Of a DNA stretch of 64,000 nucleotides, positions 14,019-25,485 are shown piece by piece. The stretch's first letter is position 1. Every line of letters starts with the position of its first letter. The DNA comes from Marsupella aquatica (lineage: Eukaryota > Plantae > Marchantiophyta), in the NCBI GenBank assembly GCA_973895155.1, contig OZ316891.1, positions 19,059,048-19,123,047 of the forward strand, read 5' to 3'. Below the pieces are notes generated by a model. It ran no database searches and was not told the origin of the DNA. It saw only the letters and a list, made by a program, of their open reading frames with translations. Made by a program: the position numbers and the translations under genes.

Positions 14019-14560
14019 TTGGAAAGCTCTTGGCGAGGCGATGAAAATTGATATAAATTGTGCCTCAAACGGTCAACATATGAGCAAGTTACCTCTAATT
14101 TAGGTTTTGTTGTTTCTTCAAATTTTTCGTGCATTTGACAATTTGGGCATTTTTGCGACTTGATTTGGATCATAACTTTCTTAATGCGGCTTGGATTGAG
14201 GACTTCTTGATGCTTCTAATAAGTTCTTGGCAAGGCGGTGAAGATCAATATGAATTGTGCCCCAAACAGTCAATGCATGAGCAAGTTATGTGTGATTTAG
14301 GTTTTGACATTTCTTCAAATTTTTGTTGCGTTTGGCAATTTGGGTATTTGTGTAACTTGATTTGGATTGCAACTTTCTTAATGCGGCTTGAATTCAGGAC
14401 TTCTTCACAATTTTGGGAAGCTCTTGGGAAGATGGTGAAGATTGATGCAAATTGTGCCCCTATCAACACATGAGCAAGTAATACCCGATTTAAGTTTCGT
14501 CGTTTCTTCAAATTTTGTCTACGTTTCGCGATTTGGGTTTTTGTGACTTGATTAGCATCA
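14019..14560. repeat. Degenerate tandem repeat, about 200-bp unit, about 2.7 copies
   Basis: Recurring CTCTTGG..GAAGATTGAT..AATTGTGCCCC..ATGAGCAAGT..TTTCTTCAAATTTT..GACTTGATT blocks. Confidence 0.7.
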
Positions 14561-16379
14561 CTTTGGAGTGTTCCTGTGTATTCTAGCAAGCTTTGGTGGC
14601 CCTTTGTTTTTAGCATGCTTTTGGAGTACTATGCATTTTGCATTCCGGCTCTTTGGGAGTTGTAGCAACTCGGTCTACAATAGTGGAAGGATCTTCATTC
14701 TATCAACTCGTTGGTGGCCACATTGTTCTTACCTTAACAACCCCAAGTTGGAGGCGGCGTTTTCTTGGAATGACGCGGTGGGCTCCTTCCATTATTTTCC
14801 ATTTCGTTCCACATACCTTGGTTGGGCCTAGTGTCGCTTACTTGTGCGCTTTTGCTTGTTTTTGGTTGTGGTCTTCCATATTTGCATTGAGAATGTTGGC
14901 GCATGGGAAGCGCCTAAATCCGAAAAACTATTCTCCTCCACTCTCCCCCCCCCCCTCGCGGTCACCCCTATGTTCACTTTCTTTCACCGAATCTTTTTCA
15001 TATTCAGGATGCACCTATGCATGATGCTTTACCAGCCCTTCCTCCCATCAATGCCATGCCTTTTGTTCCCCAGTCTATTGGACACCCCATTGTCATTTGG
15101 GCCAGTCTTCACCTCTCTCCTCACACCATGTCCCAACCCTATCTTTCCAGCTTCCTCATCAGGCCTATTTCCACGTCTGTTTTGTCTCCACTTGTAGTGG
15201 AAAATTTCCCTCCTCCCTCCCAAGAGGAGCATCCTCAGTACACTTGTCAAGATTGTGGTTGGGTTTCCATCTCCCTCCCTCATCATCAAGGGCGAGGCAA
15301 ATCCCAACGTTGCTAGTAGGCGCAATCCCAACCCTAGCCCCCGACCTTGTTGGCTTTGCCCCTCCCTCAGGGGCCTCACTCTAAGGGGGGTCTCATAACA
15401 CGCTCAATGTTTCTAGGTATTCTAGGTATACCCCTATCTTTTTGGAATACAGCTTTTTACTAGGTTAACCCCCAAACTGAGGCTTATTACAAAGTTGCCC
15501 CCCATTCTAATATAATTGCTATACTGCCCCCCGAACAGTAGATGGGTCAAAGTTCCCGGTATTCCAGGCCAGGGGCGCACCTCATTGGCTCTCCTTCACC
15601 CGAGCTGAGTTACCTTAACCCACCACCAGGTGGGAGTAACCCGTCCCGCCATCGCTACGGCAGCCGGTGCCCCGAGATGGAAATCCCCTCCCAGCCTGAC
15701 CCTAGCATTGCTTCCCGTTCAGAAAACGGCCACGTTTAGCTGCAGCTGTAGCAGCGCCTCAAAGGGAAGCATTTCACGAGCGATTGCAACTCGCGATTGG
15801 CACTTCCCCTGAACATTTTGGCATCCCACCAGGCAGGCGCGACCCTAATCGCTGCATTTTGGCTTGAGAAAAGTTCAGAATTTCTTCTTGAAACAAAGGC
15901 CTCACTTCGAGCTTCAGTTCTGCCCATTTCGTTGCACTGGCCAACATCATTTTCATCGTCTCTGTGAGGTATGAATTTCAGCTCTCGTTTTGCATTGGAT
16001 TCACCACTACAATATGTCAGGTCAATTCTGATTGCCTCTATTGTGCTTAAAATAAAGTGAACTCACTTCTGGTCATTTTTGGTCATTGTGTAGGCAGCAC
16101 GACAGCAGCACTTTGTGAGCGAATTCAGTTGACGACTGAATCGTCATTTCAGGTTGCAACTATCACAACAGACTATGCTCCTTCAAAAGCTTCAAAGCTC
16201 AACCAAGTAGTGGCCGTTCTAGCTCTCAATCATTTCTACTGGGCATTCTTGCTGTCAAACTTTGTGACACTCTGCAACCTTTTATCGACCTGCTGTGAAG
16301 TAGATTCGGTCCATTTTGTGATTTTCCTGCATTGAACATAACTTTGATTTCTATCATAAATTGTCTTTTGTAGTGCACG

Positions 16380-18375
16380 ATGTTACCAATGCCACATTCA
16401 TCTGAGAGAGTGGAAACAGAATTGAAGATAGGAAGAATGTTTGACAATTGGCCAGACCTGAAGAAATTGGTTGTGGATGAGGGAATTCGCACTGAGAGAC
16501 TCTTGGTCACCGACAAGAAGGATGACTATAAGTGGAAGTTGAAATGTAAAGTGGATTCTTGCCCCTGGAGACTAAGAGCTACAAAAAAGTCCAGCACGGA
16601 GATCATCACTATCACAAAAACATGCTTGCAGCACACCTGTGAACGTGCTGAGCATTACAAGCGACGAATGCATAGTAATTCAGACAGGCTAGCAGACAAA
16701 ATCATGGATGTTATCCTGAAGAACAGACAAACACGTCCATCTTTCTTGCGAGATTCGGCTCAGGCTTGGGTCCATCCGGATATCAAATACCATACTGCAT
16801 ATGCTGCCAAGCGGCGGTGCTTGAAGAGACTTGATGGAGATGAAACTGAGTCATTCCATCTAATACCAGCCCACTGTCATCACATTCTTGAGAGGGACCC
16901 TACAGGAGTTGCAAAATATAGAGCACCTGATGGGCATCTAGATATGTTATTTGTGTGTCCTTCAGCATCTAGGGAAGCATTTCATCATTGTAGGCCCATG
17001 ATTGCTTTGGATGGTACTCATACTCGCTGCATGTACCCTGGCATTTTGTTGCTAGCCACCACCTTGGATGCTAATAATACAGTCATCTTGCTAGCATATT
17101 GTTGGGTGCCTTCTGAAATGAGGCTAATTGGTTGGTGTTCCTGAATTTACTCAAAGATGCAATTCCAGATCTCTGCCGCCCTGGAGTTGTCTTTATATCT
17201 GATCGAGAGAAAGGCCTGACTGACGGAGTGCCAGAAGTTTTTCCACATGGAACCCCGGCATATTGCACCTGGCATCTTGGGGAGAATGTGCAGAAGCACT
17301 ATGGTAAGGAGATGAGAAAGCTATTTGACTCATTGCCTTATGCTGTGACCCCAACCAAGTATGACTTGCGGTTACAACAAATTGAGGACAAAAAGAAGCC
17401 AGCTGCTGACTACATTCGCAGGACAGCAAACCCAAAGTACTACTCTCGAGCACACTTCCCATCCAGAAGGTTTGTTCACAGCCTATACTTCATTTATACT
17501 TGATTGAGGTTGTTGCCTTTCTATTAATGAATTTTTTTCTTACAAGACAGGGGGCCTACAATTGTTGATGTAGGTGGGGACATGAAACATCGCAGCAGGC
17601 CGAGAGTAGTAATAGGGCATTGAAACCTCAACGTCAGGAGGTGACATTGAACATGTCGCAACAAATATGAGATTACATGATGGTGAAGTATTTTGAGAAG
17701 CGTGAGTTGGCTCAAACCTTGACTTCTCCATTTCCACCTAACATCATGAGCACTTTGATTGAGGTGGAAGAAAAAGCAGCTCTTTTGACAGCCCATCCTT
17801 CCCATGATGTTGAGGTAAGAATCACTGATGACAGGAATAGACAATACATAGTGCAGCTTCAGCCACAATGGTCCTGCACTTGTGGTGATTTCCAGGACAC
17901 TTTGTTGCCTTGTCTGCATGCATGGCGAGCCATAACTCGTCTACACAAGCGTCATTATGATTATGTGTCTTCCTATTACAGCACCGAGACTTTTAAGAAA
18001 ACGTATGATTGTCATTTGCCTGCCTTAGTTAGAGATGGGCTCATTCCAGACCCCTGGTGTGGTCCTCCACTGAAGAAGAGACGCAAAGGTCGTCCAACAG
18101 AGCGGCTAAGAATGCGGTTTAACGATGAGGAGGTCTGTAGGTTGCCACAAAAATGTGGGGTTTGTGGAGCACGAGGCCATGACCGAAGGAATTGTCTAGA
18201 ACGACCAACACGTGAGAAGGATGTGGAAGAACCTCAAACCACATCAGACATGGAGGAAGTTGCTGTGAATGATGAAGACGACCCCACCCACACTATCGTT
18301 GGATGGGGATCCCAAGAGAGCATGAACATTGGAAGCTTCTCACAGCTGCTAGCTACCATGGAGAGCCAACCTTGA
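16380..18375 (+). pseudogene. MuDRA-type transposase, disabled by a 1-bp frameshift (about 17118) and an in-frame TGA (17668-17670); intron 17470-17573
   Basis: KCKVDSCPWRLRA...HTC zinc DNA-binding domain; catalytic ALDGTH, FISDREKGL, YCTWHL, WGHETSQQAESSN; SWIM finger CTCGDFQDTLLPCLHA; zinc knuckle CGVCGARGHDRRNC. Adding one A restores PSENEANWLVFL. Confidence 0.92.
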
Positions 18376-18903
18376 CACTTCAATCTTTTCTGTGGAGGTC
18401 ATCAAACTTAGTGCTGATCAATATTCACTACATTTTGCACAGTAGTAATAGATTTTGGAACAAATTTTAGTAGACTGTAGTAGGCTTATAGATTTAGGTG
18501 CTACATACTCCCTGTTATGTGTGGATCAATGGTGAGGCAGATTTTGGCAGTGTATTGTTCACACTGGTTTAGAGCCCAGTGTGAAAAAAGGAGTTACGTG
18601 AATTGAGAAGAACATCTCAGTCTATTAATTTGCAAACTTCATTATGATTCACTTTTCTTGTGGACATGACAGTATGAATTGCATGGCAACAGTACTTTTT
18701 GAACTTGGACTTTGCAGGATAGTGCATTGGACCTTTCCAAAAAAAAAGAACTTTGTATTATCTCAAAATTAGCCACTTGGGGCAATACAACAAAAATTGG
18801 AAGCACTTGCTTCACTTTGCTACAAAAACTACAAAATTGTTTACAATCTGTCTACCTGAAACTCTGAGAAGCAAAAACTACTGAACAATATGTGGTCTGG
18901 TCT

Positions 18904-19524
18904 CTAATAATTGCCAGAGGCATGTCCTCGCCTTTGCAACAATCCACCTTGTAAATATGCACATGCCTCTTTCTCTGTTTTAAAGCTTTTAAACTTGCAG
19001 CCACTAAACCCATAGACCTGTCGTTCACATTCCTCCCATGTTTCATAGATACCTGGGGTGAAGCCACGTATGACAGCATAATATCTACGTCTTTGCCCAG
19101 GATGCCAGCCCCTACCATGTTCAACAACCAATTCCTGCAGCTCAGTGGACAAATTTGCAGGTGCCATTGCTCTTGGCTTGTGGTCGTCTTCACCTGCCAC
19201 ATTGAGATTGAGAGGTGTTTGTTGAGTCTCCAGGTTCATAGGTGCCTGAGGTGTTTCATGCTGCTCGAATTGATCCAAAACAAGCTTTGTTTCATTCTGC
19301 AACAACCCTGCTTCCCGCCCTGCTTGCATCTGCAATGTTCCAAGTAGTGTTGGGTTGGGGGGTTCTGTTGATTGCTCAGGTGCAGTCTCTAACCACATGT
19401 GCAGCTTATCCCGACCAGTTTCCATGGCATCAGACACAAATCGAAAAATGGAGCCAATCACACCCAAGATTGCCCAGAGACATATTGCAAGTGCCTCCAA
19501 TATGCTGCTTCTTGTTCTTGCCAT
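18904..19524 (-). CDS. MULE accessory gene, 206 aa: N-terminal hydrophobic segment plus C-terminal RNase H1 N-terminal/caulimovirus P6 (Cauli_VI) hybrid-binding domain
   Basis: Open from ATG 19524; ILEALAICLWAILGVIGSIF hydrophobic stretch; YYAVIRGFTPGIYETWEECERQVYGFSGCKFKSFKTEKEACAYL (about 19083-18952) fits the HBD consensus; no RNase H catalytic domain. Upstream acceptor (about 19575-19587) and donor GTAAGA (about 19792) suggest a spliced leader from the right TIR. Confidence 0.85.
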   Translation of the reverse strand: MARTRSSILEALAICLWAILGVIGSIFRFVSDAMETGRDKLHMWLETAPEQSTEPPNPTLLGTLQMQAGREAGLLQNETKLVLDQFEQHETPQAPMNLETQQTPLNLNVAGEDDHKPRAMAPANLSTELQELVVEHGRGWHPGQRRRYYAVIRGFTPGIYETWEECERQVYGFSGCKFKSFKTEKEACAYLQGGLLQRRGHASGNY

Positions 19525-22500
19525 AGGAATGCCACCAAAATTGCTCACGAGTTCTACAATGCAACACGATCTCACTGTTGAGCACTAAAAGAGAATGATC
19601 CCAATCTGCCAAAACTATTCCCACACATTGAAAGCAAGTAAATGTATTGATTCACACTGCTGTCGAACAGACAGAGGTGAAGTATATGAAGTTCAACAGC
19701 CGAGCAATCAGATGTGCACAAATACAAAAATGTATGTGCAGAAAAAGTGAGTTTGGAAATGAACAGGGGATTAGAATGATGTCGTCTCTTACCAAATGTA
19801 AGCTGGGACCGTTGCCTCTAATCGTGACTACAAATCGTGACCTGAGATTGCATGGACGTCAATCAGCCAGGCTCAAACGCAAGTCGAGAGCCAATGTCAC
19901 TAGCATTACTTCGCGAAATGGTATGAAGTCGAGCGTTTGTCGAAGCTTCCTTTGAACAAAAAATGCAGCAACTACCTCGAAGAAAAAACACAGTGACAAC
20001 TCTTCACCCAAAACGCAGCGATTAGGGTCGGGCCTGCCTGGTGGGATGGCGAAATGTTCAGGGGAAGTGCCAATCGCGAGCTGCATTCACTCGCAAAATG
20101 CTTCCCTTTGAGACACTGCTACAGCTGCAGCGAAACATGGCCAGTTTTTGAACGGGATGCAATGCTAGGGTTGGGCTGGGAGGGGATTTCCATCTCGGGG
20201 CACCGGCTGCCGTAGCATGGCGGGATGGGTTACTCCTGCCTGGTGGTGGGTTAAGGTAACTCAGCTCGGGTGAAGGAGAGCCAATGAGGTGCGCCCCTGG
20301 CCTGGAATACCGAGAACTTTGACCCATCTACTGTTCGGGGGGCAGTATAGCAATTATATTAGAATGGGGGGCAACTTTGTAATAAGCCTCAGTTTGGGGG
20401 TTAACCTAGTAAAAAGCTGTTTTGGAATATTCTAGAAATATTCTCAACATTCATTTCTAAAATCCTATCTTCTTTATTCAAAGGAAAACCCTATTTTCTT
20501 TTATAATTCTCAAAATTGAATTTTAAAAACCCTAACATTCTTCTACATAAATTTAAATGTATTCTTCTCAACCCAATAAACAAACCCTATCCTTACTTTT
20601 GTAGGATGGGTATAAAGGAAAATAAGTGAGGACCCCGGGATCTCGGCAGGCTTGGCATTGGATTTGCACCATGGACCCATTGTAGCCTACCATCTTGGGT
20701 ACATTAGACCCTGTCTTTATAACCACATTCCTCATGCGTTGTGTCCATTGGTTTGGTCCTCTTTGTTGCAGATCATGCAACTTATAATTATGCATCCTTT
20801 GGAGGTCTCCTATTGATCCTTGCTCATTGTTTTTCTAGAGCAAACTCTTACCCTCCATAGTCATGGTGGTCATGTTGGTCATCGAGGGGCTGCCTCATGA
20901 TACACCATTTTTTTGAGAGGAGATTGGAAGTAGCTTAAGAAAGAGTACTTTCTTCGAGCTCGCTCCTTTATTGCACGTGCTTTGTCTGATCTTGCTCACC
21001 ACTTCATTCCTCCTCAACATTGGCACCTTTGCCGAGCTTGTTGTTTAGCCGAGGCTGGAGAATATCGTTGCCATATCCAAGCCCTTTCTCCCACCACACC
21101 AGCTCCCCTTGGTGAGGTCACCTTGAGTGCCCTTCATGATCTTCATCCACAACCCTCGCCACAGCCCTATGACGAGCTTCCCTTATATGTGGATAATTTT
21201 GAGCCTTAGGAGGATCTTCATTTTAATAGGGAACATTTGGAGAACATTTCACCTTTGCCTTACTCCATGCTCCAAGTTATTTTGTTGGGGGCTCCTATGA
21301 CTATGTTTTTGAGCATTTTTGTGACTTCTTCCCCCCTAGCGACCCTTAGTCAAGCTTTTCAATTTTCTCTTCATTTTGCCAACCATTGCAGCAGGGCACT
21401 AGCCTCCTCTGGTCTCTCACATTTTGAACGCATCGCAATTACTAGCCATGGCTAAGTCATCCCCAGGAGTTTGGCCCATTGCGATTGGAGACATTTTTCC
21501 TCGTCTTGTGTCTCGCACACTCACATCACAATATGGTTCTGCACTATTATGTCATCTCTCTCCACAGTAGTTTGTAGTGGACATTCCTCAAGGTTGTGAG
21601 GTTATCATTGCGGGCATTCAGGCTACCTTGGGTCTCAACCCTGATTGGATTGTCCTAAAGGTAGATGTCTCCAATGCTTTCAACACGGTCTCATGAGCTG
21701 CCATTTTTTGTGCTTTGAGAGCAATGGATCCAAATATTTAGTCTCTTATCTTGGTTGTCCGTTGTTTTATCGTTTGGAGGCCCCTTTCCTTTACAGTCAT
21801 CACACCTCCACTGGAAAGTATACCACTATTTCTTCTACAGAAGTTACCACGTAGGATGACCCTTTGGGCAGGCCTTTTCTTCCCATTGCGCATTTTACAG
21901 CTCTTCGAGCAACCCCTTTTGCCCACCCCCAATATATTTTCCCCTCACTTTTTGATGACATCCACATTATTGGTCCTTTCATTGAGGTTGTCTCTACCCT
22001 CACCACCCTTCTGACCAGTTAATGGCCCTTGGTTTGCGGGTTCAGCCCGTGAAGGGTTATGCTTGGAGTCGGGCAGGTTTATCCTCCAATTTGGTGCTTC
22101 CCCTAGGTTCTTAAGTCCAGCAGTCTTTTGTCCTTGGCTCTCCTATTGGTACTCCTACCTTTGCTCATATTTTATTGTGAATGCTCTACATGTTGCTTTA
22201 GCCCCAGCACCCTAAGTTGGCAAATACTCAAGTAATATTCGGGACGTTGTTGAGATGCATCCACCCTAGGGCATCTTATCTTGCTAGGACGCATGCCCCT
22301 ACGGAGGAACTTTGTCGACACCTACATACTTTTGATGTTTCTATTTGAGAGACTTTTGCCTCCCTATTAGATCTTGGTTCTTTGCTCTCATCTCTATGGC
22401 TTCACCAACAACTCACACTTCCTATTTCTCAAGGGGGTTTTGGGCTTACTTCTATTGGGAGCATAGCACCGTTGGCATTTTTGGGTTCGTGGGCAACATC

Positions 22501-25112
22501 ATTCTCTTTGTTGGCTAATTGCTTCCTTGAGCTGAAGATTGGCCCTTTTTACTTTCATCTCCTATGGAGGTTGAGGAGGGTTCCCTCCCATTTTAGGTTC
22601 ATTTCTGAAATGCACGGTCCTCACTAGCTATCGGATCTTGTATGTGACACGTTATGTTCTTTCTAGGAGTTTTGATCCTTGGACCCTCTCCGTCTTCAGT
22701 CCGACCTTGTTGAGCGTATGCACACTTTCACCCTTTCTAGCATCCTCATTCAGGCACTTGAAACAAATTGAAAGGTGTTGGAGGGTGGCTTCAGGCTAAT
22801 CCGACCATCTTTCATCTGAAGTTGTCTTAAGAGGAGTTCCATTGCCATTTGTCTTTGTCTTGGGCTACTTCACCCTCTTCTTGTTGGTCTACCCACTTCA
22901 TGCACATTGGGAAGTCTTTTGATGCCACAAAGTTCCACCTTCTTTAATGCAGTTTGCGAGACAAAACCATAGTTGTTCATGATGTTGTGAGAGATGCTAT
23001 TATCCAGGTTCTCTTTGGGACTTTGGTACACATGCAACAAGAGGTGATGCTTGAGCTACCTGGTCCTCCTCCACAATGATTGTGGGTTGATTTGACTATG
23101 GTCCATGATGGTCAACGTACTTTGACGGATATTGTGGTACCAACCCCTTTGTGTCAAGACCTCATTAAGATAGCAACCACAATGCAAGGGCAATAGCATC
23201 CTGGGCGGCCTTGACAAAGGAGGCAAAACATGTTGATCGAGCTTCATCTGATGCCTTTCTCCCCCTTGCGATTGAGATCTTTGGGCGTCTTCATCATCAG
23301 TTTGATGAGCTTCTTTGACAGGCTGCTCGTGATATTCACAAACAAATGGGTTCCTCCGGACCCCCACTATCCATCTTGACCACAGACTTTTGTCAGTGCA
23401 TTTCAGTGGCCTTAATATGTGCCGTGGCTTGAGTCATTTATTGTTGATCCCTCACAGTGGGCGCCACTATGCCATCGCAAATGCTAGATCCCCAAGAGGA
23501 CATTTATGTCCCACTTGCTAATTTGATTATGACATTGGATGTGACCCATTAGCTCTTGTCACAGATTCCAATGTAGACACTAGTCATTGAGGTTGCACTG
23601 ATCATGTAGTAGTGTTTGACACTATTCTCTTTTATTCCTCAGTTTTTGGGTTTACACTTGCTTTTTGTTTTTTTGGTTAGGTGTTTGTCCTCTTTGGAAC
23701 TCTTTTTCTTTCCTTTCAATGTACTTTGTTTTCCCTGATTTATAAATTCTGATGTGCCTTTTATTTGTATTAATCAAGAAACATTTTCAAAAGAACTTTG
23801 ACTGTTCAATCTTAACAACACAATCTAGATAGAAATAATCAACCCTCAATTTGATAGACTGAATATACCTCTCGATTGAAAATGGCATGAAATTGATTGA
23901 ATAATTAATCCTACCTGATAGTGACTTTGTGCAAGGAATTTTGAAAAATTACACCGAGAACCTTCAGGCTACAGAAGAACCAAAGCAAGTTACAATACAA
24001 CTCAAAACTTAAATCAATTGAATGTAGCTCTGGAAAGAAAGATGGAAGCTGTTGTGGAAGCCAAGAAGTACTAAGGAGTATGTAGGACCTGAGTACTAGG
24101 GCTGGCAGGAGATGCTATGTCTGAATCGGCTGCAATGGACAGAGTAGCAGTTGTGACAAGAGCTGCAACTAATAGAATATAGGTTGTTGCCGGTGCCCAC
24201 CACAAGTCACATTTCAATTTGGACAATAAATAGTGTCATCGTAGTTCAAACTGGCAAAATATTGAGGTCCATCTAGGTTGCAATTTCCATGGGAGCATTT
24301 TGTCAAACATGGAGGGCCATCTGCGTTTTGCTTTCTACAAAGTCTAGCACATTACTTCAAACATTTGCTCATTGAAAAAAATCACTCTTAAGGAGAATAC
24401 AACCAATTTTTTGAAGAAGGGTCAAGAAAAGTACAACAGCTATAACGAGAGAGAAGAGTACACAAGACCTCAAAAACCTACTGGAAAAAACTAAGGAAAT
24501 GTAGGAAATTATCTCAATTATAAATTAAAGCTCCCACAAAGCACAATGTTAAAAATAGAAAAATAGATCACAAAGTTTGGTAAGATGCTTGGATGGTTAT
24601 GAAATCCCACATAAAACTGTTAAAGTATCATGTTCTACTCATCGAGCACCATTTTTCTACATTGGTGATTGCTTTCCAGGACGTGTAATTGTGTTTGATC
24701 CACTCAAGTCATGTAGTCAAACCTTGAGTACTTTCATTCTAAATCATGAATGGAATAGTGAAACTACATGTACCTCTAAGTCTAAGATTGCAAGAAAGGT
24801 ACTTTCAAATTTCAAGTCAATGTTGGTATTCTAGTTTTATGAAGACTTATGGGTTTTTTTGTCAACTTCCAAATAGCTTTGAGTTAGATTTTAGAATTTG
24901 CGGTTAGAATTTGCGGGGACACCTGTTCTTCTTTGTCATACATTCTTTGTCATACATGATTTTGCGCAGTAGTCAGCCATTGCAGAAACTAAGTGGTTAT
25001 GGAAGTGTTGTTGTTGAAAAGAGTGAGTCACTTGTACAAAATTAGGCAATTCTATAAAATAGCTTTTAAATACATTGTCATTAAAGATGTTTGAATTTAC
25101 AATACTCTTAAG

Positions 25113-25485
25113 ATATTCTTACCCTTTTTGGCCCAATTCTTGCCAAAACTCTTGCCCCAAGTGTCACCCCACTCTCTACCGATATAAGCACCTACCATCC
25201 TCTACTTTGCATGGACTTCATAGCACACATTTTGCAGAATGACAATAGTTTTGAGAGTATAACCTTTTTGACAATCAGCCTTTAAGTTTATTGTCACTAG
25301 ATGTTTGAATTTACAATACTGCCACTATTTTTTTCATATTTATAAAAATGTCACGGTTTCCTTATATAGTTCCCCTGGTTACCTTGGTAAACTTGTCATC
25401 CATATACAAAATAGTGACATTTTTATAAATACAGAAAAAAAACAGTGGCAATATTGTGAATTAGAACATTTTTAGTGGTAAAGTA
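25113..25485 (+). repeat. About 370-bp dispersed repeat containing a 190-bp MITE-like foldback; inverted copy at 33196-33575
   Basis: Reverse complement of 33196-33575 at high identity; internal inverted arms TTG(T/C)CACTA..ATGTT..ACAATACTG.CACT...AGTGGCA.TATTGT..TTTAGTGG. Confidence 0.85.

Larger units (their letters stand above)
15450..20419. mobile_element. Mutator-like element (MULE), 4,970 bp, long TIRs, two convergent genes
   Basis: TIRs about 15450-15862 and 20007-20419, the first 106 bp identical; 10-bp TSD TTTTGGAATA at 15440-15449 and 20420-20429; internal MuDR-type transposase. Confidence 0.97.
15358..20650. mobile_element. Small non-autonomous element (about 0.3 kb once the MULE is removed), same family as 51628-52245; target of the MULE insertion
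   Basis: 15360-15449 plus 20430-20650 align by eye with 51628-52245 (GGGGCCTCA...; AAACCCTA..TTATAAT.CTCAAAATTG; AACCCAATAAA; GTGAGGACCC.GGGA...AGG end). Imperfect flanking repeat TTGGCTTTG/TTGGCATTG. Confidence 0.6.
15000..23780 (+). mobile_element. Decayed CRE-like non-LTR retrotransposon with restriction-like endonuclease, split by nested insertions (about 15358-20650); boundaries approximate
   Basis: Manual translation across stops: N-terminal CQDC..HH zinc-finger-like segment (about 15240-15290); GVWPIAIGDIFPRLVSRTL (about 21465); WIVLKVDVSNAFNTVS (about 21645); *DDPLG for QGDPLG (about 21852); LFDDIHIIGP (about 21950); QLTLPISQGGFGL..APLAFLGSWA (about 22410); GGWLQANP; HDVVRDAI; PLAIEIFG; ISVAL; T-rich 3' tail region. 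Confidence 0.8.

Noticed and set aside
18904-19524. Endogenous caulimovirus or host RNase H1 gene as the explanation for the HBD ORF
   Set aside because: No movement protein, capsid, viral RT or RNase H catalytic domain nearby, and the ORF lies wholly inside MULE TIRs.
15542-20327. Twin ORFs starting MGQSSRYSRPGAHLIG at 15542 (+) and 20327 (-)
   Set aside because: They are translations of the two TIR copies, differ by a frameshift and show no domain.
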